This document shows, one piece after another, positions 1 to 14,430 of a stretch of 64,000 nucleotides of DNA (positions are counted from its first letter, which is position 1; each line of letters opens with the position of its first letter). The position numbers and the translations under genes were made by a program. This DNA is from the human T2T-CHM13v2.0 reference genome, Homo sapiens: NCBI RefSeq assembly GCF_009914755.1, contig NC_060948.1; one strand, 5' to 3'. The notes under the pieces are model-generated. The model searched no databases and was not told where the DNA came from. It saw nothing but the letters and a program-made list of their open reading frames with translations.

Positions 1-82
1 TTTTGAACTCCTGACCTCGTAATCCACCTGCCTGGGCCTTCCAAAGTGCTGGGATTACAGGCATAAACCACCACACGCAGCC
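1..82 (-). mobile_element. Alu, 5' end (cut by window edge)
   Basis: GAACTCCTGACCTCGT...CCAAAGTGCTGGGATTACAGGC is the reverse-complement Alu left monomer. Confidence 0.9.
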
Positions 83-2039
83 GTTGCTGTGAATTTTTAA
101 ATGGGGAGAGATGGAGTAGGAGAAGGAGATACTGGAGAGTTGTTAATACCTAGTACTGGTTCTACTACATTGGCCAGTCACCATGTGAAAAGCTTGTGTC
201 CAGGTGAGTATCACATCGTAGCCACAGGTGCCAAATGCCTATTCTGGGTTTGGGTTAGAGTAAGGACCTTATCTTTGTGCAAGAGATAAGAGATTTGGGG
301 AAGTTTTGGTTGAGCTTATTTGTTGGCTGGTTGTTTCTTTCGATAGCTAGAAAGGTAGCATTCCCTGTCACACCCCAGCCAGCATGTCTAGAGCCACAGG
401 TTGAAGGGCACAGTGACTTCAGAGTGGAGAGTGGTGGGCTCCTTGGATTTCAGTGTATCAGGGACACACCACGGAGCCTTTTTATGCAGATTACTAGTCC
501 ACCAGGTAGCACAGGTTAGTGGAGAGACAGAACATCCAAACGGCCCTCCACCCTTGAAATTAAAACTAGAAAAGGGATATTTTATGGGTCTTGAGAAAAC
601 AGCCTTATAGATTTCAGACATAATTTTTCCCTTTAACAACTTGGTATTAGTTGAGGACCACAGAAATGGGAGTCATTAGATTTAAGGATGGGAGATGAGG
701 TTTTTGTTTTGTTGTTGTTGTTGTTTTGTGATTGCCACTACAGTGGATGGGAGAAAAGGAAAGATTTTGGGTGAGCCCGTGATGAGCCTGCACATGAGTA
801 ATGGGAACTGAGGCAGTACCTGTTCCCATTGCAAGTTGGGGTAGAGGACACAAGTATCACCTGGGAGATGGCAAAGGAGACAAAGGGTTTAGTGTATGCA
901 TCCCCTGCTGTGGTAGAGGGGAAGAAGATGTGGGACAGGGTGACTGAGTATTTGGTGGTAGGGTAAGGAGATGGTAGCTGCAGATCTTCATGAAATACAT
1001 GGATGCTTGAGAGAGTTGTGGAAGGACAGTACATTAATGCTTTGGGTTCAGCTTGCGTTGGAACTTTCAAGTAGATGATAGAAGGAAGTAGATGCTGACT
1101 GAAATAGAGGACTGAAACACTGCTCAGATGAGTTACAATAGAGGCTGAATAGTTGGCACAGAATCCTCATTGACTTTGGGCAGCTTGTATTCAATGATGG
1201 ATGTGCATGGGGAGAGAGAGATTTCATAATGCAGAGGGTTTATGAACAGGATCTAGGTGGTGCAGGTTCTGTTTCCTGAAAAGTAGAAAACACTGGTTAA
1301 AGAAATCAGAAAGAGGAAGTCAGAGAGTAACCAACCGGAGATGTGTTTGTGGATTGTCATTCTTGAAAATTGAGAAGACTGAACCTCATAAAGGTGGCAG
1401 TTATACCCAAAGTAGAAGATAGATGGTGGTAAATAGAGGTAACTTTGTTAAGAGGGAGTTTCTTTTAAGATAAGAGGCGATGTTTCCCCCTTTTTTTTTT
1501 TTTACACAATTGGAGTCTGGTGCAAAAGGAGGTAGTGGTCAAGACCATGAATGTGGAGACTAGTGCTTTTGTGGTGGGCAAGGAAAAAGACTGGCGGACA
1601 GGATAGGCAGTTGAAGTTTCAGAAAAGATGGAACCTGGGCAATTGCATTTGTTTGTTTCTAAGGGAGGCCAGGTAGGGAAGGATTTCAGACTGGTTTGTG
1701 TGGGTGTTATTCAAAGGGCAGTGGAAACTTGAAGCGAACAGTTCTTTAATCTGCAGTTCGAGAGGGACAGGGTAGAATGCTTTCAGTGGAGCCTCACATT
1801 TGACATTCACTTTGGAGAATGACCAGGGGCCTCACCTTGCAGTCCAGGTTGTATGGAAAGGGTGTTGATGGGGTAGGCATGTTGTAATAGGTGGTGATGT
1901 GATTACAAATCATTGCTCGTCAAGATTGCTGAGCAGACAGGCAGCAGAGTTGAGGTTTTCTTTTGGTAGGGTGCTGTACGACAGCTACAAATAGTCTTTT
2001 TCTCCAAATTTCTTTTAAAAACAATAATTAAATTTAAAA

Positions 2040-2345
2040 AATTGAGTAGTTTTTTAGATTCAAGTAGTTTTTGGGTTACACAGTGGTGAATTTTGAGATA
2101 TTAGTGCGCCTGTCACCCTAGTAGTGTGTGACTGTACGTAACCTAATGTACAGTTATTTTTATTCCTGGCCCCCTCCCAAGTCTCTGAAGCCCATTATAT
2201 CATTTGTATGCTTTTGCATACTCATAGCGTAGCTCCCACTTACAATCGAGAACCTAAGAGTTTTGATTTTTTCCACTCCTGTGTTAGTTCACTTAGAATA
2301 ATGGCTTCCAGCTCCATTCAAATTGCTGCAAAAGATGTTTCGTTC
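2040..2345 (-). mobile_element. L1PB/L1MA-type 3' UTR fragment
   Basis: TAGCTCCCACTTA...GAGAAC...TCACTTAGAATAATGGCTTCCAGCTCCATTCAAATTGCTGCAAAAGA is a typical antisense old-L1 3' end. Confidence 0.75.
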
Positions 2346-5300
2346 ATTGTTGGGTGGGGTCAGAAGATGATGGGGGAGTCACATCTTTAAAATCTGAAGG
2401 CAGTCTTTTCAGTTGTGGGGCAAAGGAAAAGTGATTGGTTTTTTGCAGATGGTTGAGGCTACCCCTCTGGTACAAGGTTTACTCAGCTGGAAGTTCCCCT
2501 CATGAAATGTCCAGCCATACCCTTAGTGAAGCTCTAGTTTCCTGGCAGGATGGGCCTCTACTAAGCAAGACGACCCCAGATCTGAATCCTGAGCTGTCTT
2601 GGCCACATGAAGGTTTGGTGCTTAGGTAATAAAGTTGTTTGAGGTGAATATGAGGAAAGCCTGCCATGGTGTTGTCTTTTGCAGGAGCACTTCTCTTAAT
2701 AAAAGTGTTTAGAAGTTTTTAGCCTGTCTTAGTCCTGGTCTTAAAAGTACTGCAAACTCGGTCAGTCAGCTCTGTATAAAGGTTAGACAGAATTGTTACC
2801 TGTTAATGTACTAGCATGCTTACAGGCATTTTACTCAGTTATGGATAGTTACTGAGTGTCATCTGTGTTTCAGTCAAGTTACCTGTGGATGCTTCAAGGA
2901 CTGACATGCATCATGAAGCTTGGGTTAATGGTTCCAGAGTGAACCTCAGAGGATGGAGGGAGGCCACTTGGAACTGGTAGCACCTTTAAAGGGAGAGGCC
3001 ATGCCTTTTTCAGAGGGTGTTTCATGCCTGCGTTTAAAGACAAAGGACCTTTGGGCCCAAGGTGTCAAGTTTGATGCCATGATGATGCTATTGCTGTCAT
3101 GAAGAAATAGTTTGGTTAGTGAGAGGATCTGTGGAAGATACAGGAGAAGAGTATTTTTACTTGTTTTGTTTTTGCTGTCTGTCTCCTGACCGTCAGCAGT
3201 ACCTGTTAACTACTGTGACTCCTTTAGCCCTGTTCTCAGAGTATACTACACAGGATGTATGTGAAAAGTGGAGGGCAGCAGGTAGGCTTTGAAGTGTGAA
3301 TAGGCCTTCTATGTGTTCACAGCTATAGAACTTGCTTGGACCTGGGTTACCTGGGATATTTGGAGCTAATGAGCCAGGGTGGAAAGGGGACAGAATTAGC
3401 TTTCGCTGGAAACATTTTAGAATCCCCGAGTAGGTTCAGGATGTCACATGCAAAAAATGTGCAGGACAGTTGGCTGACATGAATGCATTCAGCAGGCCAT
3501 GATGCAAAGACTTGCCTCATGAAGTTGGAGGGGCAGATTTTATTCTGAATAGGGAACAGTGATTATAATAGCGATATTGGTAATAGGGATCTTGGTAACT
3601 GTGTGTAGAGCCATTTGAGAGCTAGAGCATGGCATTTCAGAGTTCTTTTCTCATGTTATCAAGGACAGGATTTCTTAAATCTAGCAGGGAGTAGAGCTGG
3701 AGAGATTGAGAATGTCCACTAGTAGCCCTAGGTTTTGTAATACTGCTTTAGTAAGTGGTCACTGGAATTGCACTGTGAAAGATAAGGATTTCAAAGGCAG
3801 GAGAAAGGAGGAAGGGTACTGAAGATGGGATAGTAACTTTTAAAGGCAAATTGCAAGTTTCCCTTCTCCTAAATGGGGATGGAAGAGTGAAGTCAACAGA
3901 CAGGCTGTTTTCAAGTCTGGCCTCACTGGTGGCAGAGTATAGGCTCTGGAGTAGTGTTCTCTTTCTTATGATTTGGTCCCAAGGCCTTAGGAAGTATAAG
4001 AGGAAAACATGTTTTCTCTGCCTGCTTAGTCCTCAGCAGCTCTAGGACCTTATTTACTCGAGGCTTGAACAAGCCTGGATTCTTGGCCAATGCTCTGGTG
4101 CTTATGGACTGTAGCTTGGTAGTTTTCCACTTAGGAGTAGAAGGCAAAGAGAACAATGAGCTTCGATAATCATATTGTACCCCATCCACATGTATTCACC
4201 CGAAGCTGGCAGGTTAGTAACCCTCTGTGCCCTTAGTATGCCATTTATTGTCTGAGGCGATTCTGCTTGGCTGCTCAGTGAATCTCAAATTCAAATTAGG
4301 GATCAGGGAGCTAGGCAGTCTTCATTTCTGTGCTTAACTCCCTGGCCAAGAAAGCTGAAAATGATCTTGGGTTTGTATTTGTAGTGGTGGTAAATGTGAG
4401 CTGGTGTTGGTAAACAAACTGACCACTTACTGAAGAGAGTGCCTGGGGGGGTTGTGTCAACTGTGAACTTTTGAGGTAGAGAGAAGAGAGTGCACTCATT
4501 AGATTGACTGCCTAGGAGCCAGGCCTTAACATGGATAAGTGGGCTTGGATATGCCTGGCTGGTGAATTCCAGATTTACCTTAACTAATAGAGTTAATATG
4601 GCCTAAGTTCCACATGTGGAGTGTCGTCACTGTCTTGGACTGCTGGGTTATATTAAATGGCCTCACATCTCCATAGCGCCTTGAATAGTGTTGGATCAGT
4701 AGTAGCAGCAGAAATAATATTAGCTGGCGTTAACTGCTTTGCTAGGTCCTTTATGTTCCTTCATCTTATAAATGTATTACATCTAGGACTGTGCAGTTAT
4801 TACTCCCATCTTATCCTCTGAAGCTTAAGGGGACAGTATTTGAACTTGGGGACTTTTTATAGGAGTGGAGCCCAAGATCTGGCTACTTTTCTCACCATGT
4901 TTCTTTCCACACCTCCTAGGCAGGTCAAAAGCAATGACAGAGACAAGCTGGCAACTCTAGTCAGTCCTGAGAGCCCAAAGATGAGGGAGAGAGTGCAACA
5001 TCTGTAGAGGAAATGCAGGAGCTGATTTAGAAAAAAAAAAAAAAGTATTGGCTCTTGGAGTTCATTTATTGTGCCCTTCTTGGAGGTTTTCTCTCATCTT
5101 TTCTTGGGGGGTTTTCTGTTACCTGGCACTCTACGTTTGTCCTTGTCATTTTCACATTTACCCAAAACTTGCCCTGAGAAGCTTTTTCTCCCAGCAAAGC
5201 TAAAAGAAAACCCATTTTGTTACTTCTGAGCAGTGACACTCTGTGGGGAGCCCGTGGTACATAGGATGGGCAGTAACAACCACAAATGGGTTATGTTCAT

Positions 5301-6027
5301 TTGAGATTACGAAGTATACCATTTGAAGCCCCTGAAAATTGTTTCTGGAACATAATGGGGCTTGGCTAACTGTTGGGATGATACACGTACTTGGTATGAG
5401 ACATTTTGAACAGCTTCTGCTGTTAGATGTCATTTGAACAGCACCAGAGCTCAAGGAGCTAAGGCAAGTAGATAATGGGATGTGACCCTTAAAAATCAGG
5501 TGAGGAAGAGCAGCATTGTGTATGGAAGGTATCTAGCTGCCTGGAAAAGCTGTTTTTACCTAACCTGGTCATCAAAGCGTCATGTTTTTAGCAGTGGTAG
5601 AGTTAAGTTTGTTGCTAGGGCACCATGTAGCCACCTTTCCAGAGTTGCAAGATGAGAGTTCTCTCGGGAAAAACATCCCTGAGGAGAAAGTGATAGACCA
5701 GTCGGTTGAGTCTGTGTTACCACTCAGATGTACAGGCAACAAGCTTAGCCTGTGATAAAGGACCGGAAGTTAGTTCAGCTGAGTACTCCTCCAGGAGCCA
5801 CCAGAGGGTTCTGAAACAGATTCCCCCTTGGGGAGGTTTCCCAGATGTCTCAATTACTAAATCAGTATGGCAGACCATCAGCTCTGTGACTGGTTAATAT
5901 AGTTTTTCCAAGAGCACTCCCTCTGACTAAGGAAATGTTGAAAATTGGTGGGATTAATAATGACTGGGTGACTGCTTTGGGCTGAGTTTGTGTTTACATG
6001 CTAAATTGGTTTTCCTTATGTGTATAG

Positions 6028-6387
<360 letters not shown>

Positions 6388-9282
6388 TGATGCTGAATAG
6401 TGGTGTGACGTCCCTTTGGGCTACATCCAACAGCCTGGCCTTTTTCAAGAATGTAAACCATAGCTGTGTAAACTCGGTGTCCATTTGGTTTGTCATGAGA
6501 GGGGAACTTTGTTTTAAATGTGTAAATTTTATGTGTATTCCTTGAGTTGAAGGGCTGAAGTTGTCCAGATAACCTCAAACTAGTGATGAGGAAAAGATGT
6601 GTCTGCAGATTTGTTTCTCCTCCCTACACCCCAGGCTCTGACTCCTGACAGCTTTACACCCAAGTGCTTGCTAGCATCTGATGTGCTAATGAAGTGAAAT
6701 ATTTTGCCCAGTGTGTTTAACAGAAATTTCTAGAAATGCAGAAACACTGAAAAAATAGGATAGGCACAACAAACAATGACAACTCCTTTTTCTGCCTATC
6801 TTTGATGACTTTGCACTTCGTTCTGTTGCTTAAGTGCATCCCCACAATCCCCACTTGGACCCTGATTTAAGACCCAGCCAAAGTCGTCAGTTGCCTTGCT
6901 GTTTAAAGACCCCAAGCTGGCTGTCTTGAATTCAGTACTCCACACGCTGAAGCTGTCTGATTGTTGTCTGACCTCTATGACCTTGTGCCTGTGCTGCCTG
7001 AACTCCTGGTATTTACTGTTGAACTGGAAATGTTAGGCAAGAATGTTTGGCTGTGAAAGTTGAGAGGCCTTCCCATTAGGGGAAAACATTGAGAGAGGGG
7101 ATATTAAACTGGATGTTTCATGCTTACGATGTCTAAACCTGTTGATTTCAGTGTGACCACAAAAGAGATAACTAGACATCATGCATCTCCCAGTAGTGGC
7201 AGTGCACAGTACCATTCAGGAAGTATTCTTGTCAAAGAATCAATACAAACTTGGATAAAGGGAGAAAAGAAAGCATGTATATATTGGAAGAAGCTTAAGA
7301 CATCTAGCAGTCATCTGCAGAGTGACTTAGCTTTTTGAGAGGCTTGCCAAAATACTTCAAGTTCAAATGATTTGATACTGGCCATTTGTTTCTAAGTGAT
7401 CCAATGCAGGACTACATGGATAAAGATGAATCAATGCTGGCCATGAGTTTTCAAATGTTTTGAAACTGGAGAGTGGATAGGTAGGAGCGTATTATGCTTG
7501 TCTGTCAACTTTTGCATACCTTTGAGAATAATTTTTAAAACGGACATGGACTTCCTATCTCCAATTAAATGGAATATTTGCCATTTGTTTATTAAATGAA
7601 TTTCCCTGTTAAAATTCAACAGATTATTCTCCCCCACCTAACTCTATTTGAAATATATAGATCTTTGTTTTACATGAAATGCTTGGTTTGCTTGTTTATT
7701 ACTTGCTTATTAAGTTTAATCCTGGGAGTTTACATAAAATAATTTCACAGAGCCAATATTTCTGGTAAGAAGAAACCAACTGAATAAGGGCAAAGGTTTC
7801 TTTATAGTTCTTGGTTTGTTTGGTTTAAAATGCCTAAGTAATTTTTAATTATGTTTAAAAAAAAAGATACATCATGAATTACCATCTTAATTATTTTTAA
7901 CGGTATGGATCATTAGTGTTAACTATATTTACATTGTTGTGTGGCAGATCTCCAGAATGCCTACATCTTGTAAAACTGAAACTCTGCCCATTAAACAACT
8001 CTGCCACTTCCTCCTCCCCATAGCCCCCAACAACCACCGTCCCACTCTTTGCTTCTGTGAATTTGACTCCTTTGGGTTTGTCTTAATAAGTGGAAATCAT
8101 AGTGATTGTCTTTGTTTGACTAGTTTACTTTGCAGTGTCCTCAAGGTTCATCATCCATGTTCTGGCATGTGACAGTATTTCCTTCCTCTTTCTGAGGCAG
8201 AATAATACTAAATTGTGTGTACACCACATTTTGTTTATCTGTTCTTCTGGATGGGCATTTCGGTTGCCACCACCTCTTGACTATTGTGAGTAATGTTGCT
8301 GCGGACACAGCTGTGCAGATAACTCTCCCAGATCCTGTTGGATGTTTTTATGTATATACTCAGAAGTGGGATTGCTGGATCATATGTGATAATTTTACAA
8401 TTTTTGAGTAATTTTTGTGCTGCTTTTCATAGCAGCCCCACTGTTTTACATTCTCCCCAACAGTGCAGAAGAGTTTCAGTTTCTCCACATTCCTGCCCAT
8501 ACTTTGCTTTTGTTTGCTTTTTATATTTTTTTCTTTTTTCTTTCTTGACAACCCTGATAGGCATGAGGTCATATCTCTTTAGTTTTTGTTGTTGTTCTTT
8601 TAAATTTGGGTTTCTGTGATAAGTAGAGATATTGAGCATCTTTTTGTGTGCTTGTATGTCTTTAGAGAAAGGTCTCATTCGAGCCCTTTGCCCAGTATTT
8701 AGTCAGGTTGTTTCTTGGTATTATTGCATTATAGGAGTTCTTTAGATATTATCAGATGTAAGATTTGCGGATATTTTCTCTCATTCGTTTGGTTGCCTTT
8801 TCACCCTTACTGATTGTTTCCTTTGATTGGCAGGCAATTTTGAATTTGTGTATTTTTGCTTTTGGTGTCATATCCAAGAAATCATGTCCCTAATATCATG
8901 AAGCTTGTGGTCCTCTGTTTTTGGCTGTGGTGCTTTATAGTTTGAGGCCTTACGTTGAATCCATTTAGAATTGATTTTTTGTATGGTGTAAGGTAAAGTC
9001 TTCCCCATGTTGTTCTTTTACATGGGGACCTAGTTTCACCAACACCATTTGTTGAAGCAACTGTCCTTTCTCCATTGAGAGTTCTGGGCACCCTTGTTGA
9101 AGATCATTTGGCCATATACCCTTAGGTTTATTTCTGGGCTCTATTTTCTTCCTTTTGTTGTTTGTCTTTTATGCTAATAAAAGACTGTTGGATTGCTGTC
9201 ATTTTCATTTTGTATTGTGTGTCAAATCAGAATGTGTGAGTTACCTAACTTTGTGCCTGCCTGCCTGCCTACCTGCCTGCCT

Positions 9283-9562
9283 TCTCACTCTGTGTCATCC
9301 AGGCTGGAGTGCAGTTGTTCGATCACTACTTACTGCAGCCTCAACTTCCCTAGGCTTAGATAATTCTCCTGCCTCAGTGTCCTGAGTAGCTAGGACCACA
9401 GGCACATGCCCTGCCACACCTGGCTAATTTTTGTATTGTTGTCATAGAAATGGGGTTTTGCCATGTTGTTTACATTGGTCTTGAACTCCTGGGCTCAGGT
9501 GATCAACCTGCTTCTGTCTCCCAAAGTGCTGTGATTACAGGCGGGAGTTACCACACCCAGCC
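9283..9562 (-). mobile_element. AluJ-type Alu with (CCTG)n-derived tail
   Basis: Both Alu arms present; GAACTCCTGGGCTCAGG is J-like; CCTG repeats at about 9255-9281. Confidence 0.85.
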
Positions 9563-10625
9563 TAGGTTTTGTCCCTTTTGTTAATCTTTTTTTTTTTTCA
9601 AATCAACTCTTAGCTTTTTTCCGGTTTTTTTTTTTTCTCTTATGTCTGCTCCAATCTTTATTTAATTTCCTTCCTTCTGCTAACCTTGGGTTTTTCTATT
9701 CTTTTTCTAGTTTCTTGTGATCTAGTTAGGTTTTGGTTTGAGGTCTTCTTTTGTAACATAAGCATTTTTGAGCTGCCTTGTCTTATGTGACAGTTTTTGA
9801 CTTACAGTCTATTTTGTCTGACCAAGTTTGGTCAGCCCCTGCCCTCTTTTGGTTACCATTTGCCTGGAACATCAGCTTTAGTCCTACACTTTTAGCCTAT
9901 GTGTGTCATTAAATCTAAAACTGGTCTTTTGTTAGTAGCATATAATTGTACCTTGGTTGGTTGGTTGGTTTTATTCATTTAGCTAGTCTTTGTCCTAAGA
10001 TTGGGGTGGGGAGTTAATTTATTTATAGTCAATAATTACTGTTAAGGAAGGCATTAGTGTAGCTCTGTTGCTAACTATTTTCTGTTATGTTCTGTAGATA
10101 TTTTGTCCCTATTTTTTCTCCCTTATTACCTGCCTTTTGTGTTTTAAAGAATACTTTGAATCCTTTCTCATTTTATTGTATCTGTCCTTCCTTGGTTATT
10201 TTCTTCCTGGTTACCAAGGGAATTACATAAATTATCTTAAATTGAAAACAATCTGTTTTCAGCTGTTAATTCCATCTCCATACCTCCTCAGACCAACTTT
10301 GTTATTGATGCCACATGTTAATCTTTTTCTATTGTGTACCCATTTACATTGGTTTATGGTGGTTCTTATGCTTTCATGTTTTAAATTTTATACCAGACTT
10401 AAAAGTGATTTGTAAACCATTATGATTTTCTATTTTTCTGTATATTTACCTTTACCAGAGATCTTTATATTTTCATATGGTTTTGTGTCTAATGTCTTTT
10501 TCTTGGACACTTGAAGGATTCCCTTCAGCATTTCTTGTAGGGCAAGCCTAGTGCCTTTTGTTTATCTGGGAAGGTCTTATTTTCTTCAATTTTGAAGGAC
10601 AGCTTTGCTGGAAATGGTATTCTTG

Positions 10626-11386
10626 TGAGGACTGAACTCTGATTTTAATCTTGCCTAAATTCCTATCTAAGGCGTCTTGGGAATCATGCCCTACAAATGG
10701 GCATGACTTATCATCAGATGGGTTTTATTTTAACCCTACATATCATGACTTACTTTCCAGCCTGACACTGGCATAACATTTCGAGACAATGAAGAAAATT
10801 AAAATATTTTACCTCAAAGCATGTTTCTTTGCCATATTTTGAAATGGCCCTGCAAAACTGTTCCTTGTGAGGGGGAAATCTGTATTTGTAAAGAGTCTCT
10901 CTTCACGTAGCTAGATCTTTTTCTTCTAAATCTTTTCAATCTTAAAGAGATTAACTAAAATTTGAATCGGAAACATTTGTCATCTCTTGTCTCTGAGGGC
11001 AGCCATTATAAGACTTCCTCAACTTTGATCTCCACCATCTTTTATCTTAACTAAAACATTCCCTGTCTGTCAATCCCAGGTCTTTAGGCAAACTCAACTT
11101 AGGGAAACCAGTTGCCAACCAGAAAATGCTGAAATTCACCAATAGCCTGGACCACCCCACCCCACTTTGAGTTGTCCGCCCTTTCTGGACCAAACCAATG
11201 TGTTTCTTAAATGTATTTGATGTCTCATGCCCTTCTAAAGTGTATAAAACCGAGCTGTGTCCTGACCACTTTGGGCACGTGTTCTCAGGACCTCCTAAGA
11301 GCTGTGTCATGGACCATGGTCGCTCGTATTTGGCTCAGAATAAATCTCTTCAAATATTTTACAGAGTTAGACTCTTTTCATTGACA
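10626..11386 (+). mobile_element. Solo LTR, MER4 family (ERV1; MER4D/E-like)
   Basis: TG...CA termini (TGAGGACTGAACTCTG ... AATAAATCTCTTCAAATATTTTACAGAGTTAGACTCTTTTCATTGACA) with a perfect 4-bp TSD CTTG at 10622-10625 and 11387-11390. Confidence 0.88.
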
Positions 11387-11625
11387 CTTGAAGTATGTCA
11401 TCCCTCTATCTTCTGGATGGCAGAGTTATCAGAGATTATCAGAAAAGTGCTTATCTAGCAGGAGCTTCCTTGTACATGATTCTTTCCCAGATTCTTTCTC
11501 TGTGATGTGACACTTTGATTATATTGTCTCTTGATGTGTGTCTCTTTGGGCTTATTCTAGTTGGAGTTCAGCTTCTTGAATTTCTATGTCCATCTTCTTT
11601 CTCCCAACTGGGGAGTTTGGGCCTC

Positions 11626-11908
11626 TTTTTTTTTTTTTTTTTTTTTTTTTGAGATGGAGTCTTGTTCTATTGCCCAGGCTGGAGTGCAGTGGCTCCTTCT
11701 GGGTTCACGCCATTCTCCTGCCTCAGCCTCCCTAGTAGCTGGGACTACAGGTGCCCACCACTGCACTCTGCTGATTTTTTGTATTTTTAGTAGAGATGGG
11801 GTTTCACCGTGTTAGCCAGGATGGTCTCAATCTCCTGACCTCGTAATCCGCCCACCTTGGCCTCCCAAAAGTGCTGGGATTACAGGTGTAAGCCACCGCA
11901 CCCGGGCC
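11626..11908 (-). mobile_element. AluY-like Alu with short internal deletion
   Basis: Poly-T tail, TTCACGCCATTCTCC and CACCGTGTTAGCCAGGATGG diagnostics. Confidence 0.88.
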
Positions 11909-12003
11909 ATTATTATTTTTCTAGAAGGCCTTCTGCCCCTCCCGCTCTGTCTCCCAAATTCCCTTGTCATATTCTCTGTTTCTGTCTCTTCTCCTTCTAG
12001 GAC

Positions 12004-12041
12004 TCTTGTAATTTGTGTATTGTCTTGTAATTTGTGTATTG
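12004..12041. repeat. Perfect 19-bp tandem duplication
   Basis: TCTTGTAATTTGTGTATTG x2. Confidence 0.9.
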
Positions 12042-12631
12042 TTCCTCTTGATGTTGTCTCATACTCCCTTCCTTAGGCTCACCTTTCTTTGTTATTTTTT
12101 TTCTTTTTGCTCCTCTGACTTGTTAATTTCAATGGCCTGTCTTCAAGTTTGCAAATTCTTCCTGAACCTGTGAATTTTTCAATTCAGTTTAAAGGTATTC
12201 GGCTCCAGTTTGATTATGGGTATTTGTTGTGGGTTTCCTTTACTTTGTTGATAACTCTCATGTTTATGCGTTGTTTTTCTGATTTTGTTTGTCTATCTGT
12301 GTTCCCTTAGTTTGATGTGCATCTTTAAGATGGTTAGTTTGAATTCTTTTTCAGGTAACTCATAGATCATCATTTGTTTAGGCTTATTTTTCTAGAGAAA
12401 AACGGCCACCTCTCCCAATCTCTACCAGGTATCTTCATACAGGGACGATGACTTTCACCAGTCAGCCAGGCCAGAGGTTCTGGGGATCTCTCAACTAGGG
12501 ACTTGGGTGTGCGCTTTCCTGGTTGAGCTTCTGTGAAGACCCTAATCTCTTTCATTCCCTGATGCCTGTCTGTGTAGTACGGCCTCTCTGGTGCTGTAAC
12601 AACTGTCCCGTCCCCCCAGCACCTGCAGATC

Positions 12632-12939
12632 TTTGTTTTTTTTGTTTGTTTGTTGTTTTTGAGGCACAGTCTTGCTGTGTCACCTAGCCTGGAGTGTAGT
12701 GGCTTAATCTCAACTGCAACCTCTGCCTCCTAGGTTCAATCATTCTCCTGCCTCAGACTCCGAAGTAGGTGGTATTCCAGGCACGCACCACCATGCCTAC
12801 CTAATTTTTTGTATTTTTAGTTAGAGACAGAGTTTCACCATATTGACCAGGCTGGTCTTTAACCGCTGGCCTCAAGTGATCAGTCCACCACAGCCTCCCA
12901 AAGTGCTAGGATTACAGGCCCGAGCCACCGCACCCCACC
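12632..12939 (-). mobile_element. Alu (S-type)
   Basis: T-rich tail and both arms. Confidence 0.88.
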
Positions 12940-14149
12940 TGCATGTCTTGTCTTCTTTCTCTGAGTCCCTCAGCCTGGGTGTCCAAACTACCTTCCTTGT
13001 CAGTATTGACTCAGGTAAGACAGAAAGCAGTTTGTCAGGCAGGTTTTGACCCCTTGAAAAGCCAGAATGTCGCATGAATGGTTCACATTTCTCTTTCCTT
13101 CCTGTGGGAGATGCCAGGATTTTGGATTTTTTTTTTTTTTTCCCAAATGTGTTACGCGGTGCTGGGGAAGTGGAACATGTTGTGCAGGTAAAATGCCACA
13201 AATGTTTCTATTGGTCTAGTGCTGCTTTTCTTGGCTTTGCACTGGCCTGGGGTCCTGCAGCCTCTTATCTGATTGGTGGAGTGTTCACCAATGCAGTTTG
13301 GTTGTATATGTTATTGTGAAATCTGTGTGTCCAGTCGGAGGGAGAGCCTGGGGCCTCCTCTTGTGCCATTTTGCAGATGTCTGCTGTGTTATTTTTTTGA
13401 CATTTTAGTTTTTATTTGTTTCCTTGGTGGTTTTGAAATAAAGCCACATCTGGTTCTGTTAATTTTAAGTGGTTGTGCTCGTGATTACAGTGTGCATATT
13501 GAAACCACCCAAGCTCAGGATTAACCACCTTCTTTATCCTCCTCTGGGGCAGTAGCAGGATGTGGGTGGGAATATGCTATCTGTTTCTCTCCTTACCTTT
13601 CTTGAGATTTTTGACGGGTTTCATGCATCTGGGTTGGCATCATTCTAGAAAATTATGTTTTCACATACTGCTTTGTCCCTAACCTTCCTCTCACCTTGGT
13701 TTTCGGGACTTGCATTTAACTTGTATTAGAGCTTCTCACAGTAGACCCAGTCACCCGGTCTTCTCTGTTTTTCATCCTTTGTCTTTCCATGGTGCATCAT
13801 GAGCATATCTTCCCAGCAACCTTCTCTTTTTCTGATTCTCTCTTCAACCAATTGTAGGCTGTTTCTTTAAACCCATTCCTTTCCATTCTTAATTTTGTTC
13901 ACTAAATTTTCATTACTTGATTTTCAAATCCACTAGGTCACTCTACAAAGGTGGGCTTCTTGTGATTTACATTAGTTTTGTTCTGTTTTGTTTTGCTTTT
14001 GTCCTTGTAGACTCTTTCAAGGCAGTTCCAAGTTCTGCATTTGGTTTGATGCTGTGTTGATGATGGTGGTTCTTTATCATGGTATCTTAGTTCCTTCCAT
14101 GCTAGACACTATATGTAAAGTGTTGTTAGTAAGAACAATATGAGGTCAA

Positions 14150-14430
14150 TTTTTTTTTTTTTTGAGACAGAGTCTTGCTCTGTTTGGAGTGCAATGACCC
14201 AGCCTCGGCACACTACAACCTCTGCCTCTCGGGTTCAAGCGATTCTCCTGCCTCAGCCTTCCGCGAGGCTGAGGTGCCCACCACCACACTGGGCTAATTT
14301 TTGTATTTGTGGTAGAGATGGGGTTTCACCATGTTGGCCAAGCTTGTCTTGAACTCCTGTCCTCAGGTGAACCGCCCGCCTCAACTCCCCAGAGTGCTGG
14401 GATTACAAACATGAGCATTTGCGCCTGGCT
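14150..14430 (-). mobile_element. Alu (S-type)
   Basis: Poly-T, GAGACAGAGTCTTGCTC ... GTGCTGGGATTACA. Confidence 0.88.

Larger units (their letters stand above)
7850..12600 (-). mobile_element. Old L1M fragments (3' end, ORF2 and ORF1 remnants) interrupted by Alus and a MER4 LTR
   Basis: Antisense L1 motifs (CAGAAGTGGGATTGCTGGATCATATG; CACCATTTGTTGAAG); minus-strand ORF fragments resemble L1 ORF2 C-terminus (ETETLLHCWGECK). Boundaries approximate. Confidence 0.7.
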
